This document shows positions 63,360-64,000 of a stretch of DNA of 64,000 nt, in pieces. The translations under genes were made by a program, and so were the position numbers. How positions within the stretch are numbered: position 1 is the stretch's first letter; each line of letters starts with the position of its first letter. Origin of the DNA: Octopus vulgaris (lineage: Eukaryota); assembly GCA_951406725.2 (NCBI GenBank), contig OX597814.1:69564001-69628000 (forward strand), in the 5' to 3' direction. The notes under the pieces were generated by a model that was given only the letters and a program-made list of their open reading frames with translations, was not told the DNA's origin and made no database searches.

Positions 63360-64000
63360 AGGCAGGCAGCTAAACTGGTTGCTTTTGTCTTGGGAGAGAG
63401 GGAGAGGAGATTGCAGGTATGATAGAGGATACCACCAGTGTGGGAGGGGGTTTCCAGTGAGAGGAACAAGCACGCCCATACACCCCCCACACACACACAA
63501 GCACAAGATAGGCATGCACACAGACAAGAATAAGCACGCATGCATGCACACACACACATATGTACAGCCCATTAGCTTTCTCTTTCCACTTAAGTAGGTA
63601 GGCAGCTAAACTAGTTGCTTTTGTCATGGAAGGGAGAGAGGGAGGAGATTGCAGACATGATAGAGGATACCACCAGTGAGGGAGGGGATTTCCAGTAAGA
63701 GAAGAGAGATATCCGGTAATGGTGGTGGGAGAAGAGAGAGAAAGAGATCCGGTATTGGTGGTGGGAAAAGGGAGAGAGATATCTGGTATTGGTGGTGGGA
63801 GAAGAGAAAGAGATATCCGATATTGGTTGTGGGAGAAGAGAGAGGAATATCTGGTATTGGTGGTGGGAGAAAAGAGAGATATCCGGTATTGATGGTAGGA
63901 GAATAGAGAGAGATATCCAGTATTGGTGGTGAGAGAAGAGAGAGAGATAGATAGATAGATATCCAGTTTTGTTGGTGGGGGCTGGAATGGGCAGGTGCAC
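63360..64000. repeat. ~100-bp duplication (63360-63460 / 63600-63700) followed by a ~35-bp purine-rich minisatellite
   Basis: About 7 units of gagagatatccggtattggtggtgggagaaga. Confidence 0.8.

Overview
Eukaryotic genomic DNA, AT-rich and repeat-dense. The SINE/RTE-LINE repertoire resembles a coleoid cephalopod (Octopus-like); this is an inference. The whole window lies inside one minus-strand gene, an axonemal outer-arm beta-type dynein heavy chain (DNAH9/11/17 group). Six GT-AG exons (1355 nt in total) splice into one open frame covering the linker region up to the start of AAA1. The 1.6-23.7 kb introns are filled with transposons: at least 8 RTE-type LINE copies (one near full length), a BovB-like RTE, a HERO-type RLE retrotransposon in permuted order, Penelope-like (GIY-YIG) remnants, 4 mariners, a Chapaev-like DNA transposon, a decayed autonomous Helitron, 2-3 mini-Helitrons and tRNA-derived SINEs. 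The most striking signal is two type I hammerhead ribozyme motifs with a complete catalytic core, a palindromic stem III and unusually long stem II (21836-21937 +; 35997-36067 -), plus a degenerate third. The minus-strand one is sense to the dynein pre-mRNA and sits at the end of a ~400-bp fold-back that could mask it. Several stretches look like unpolished long-read sequence, so assembly artefacts are a real caveat.
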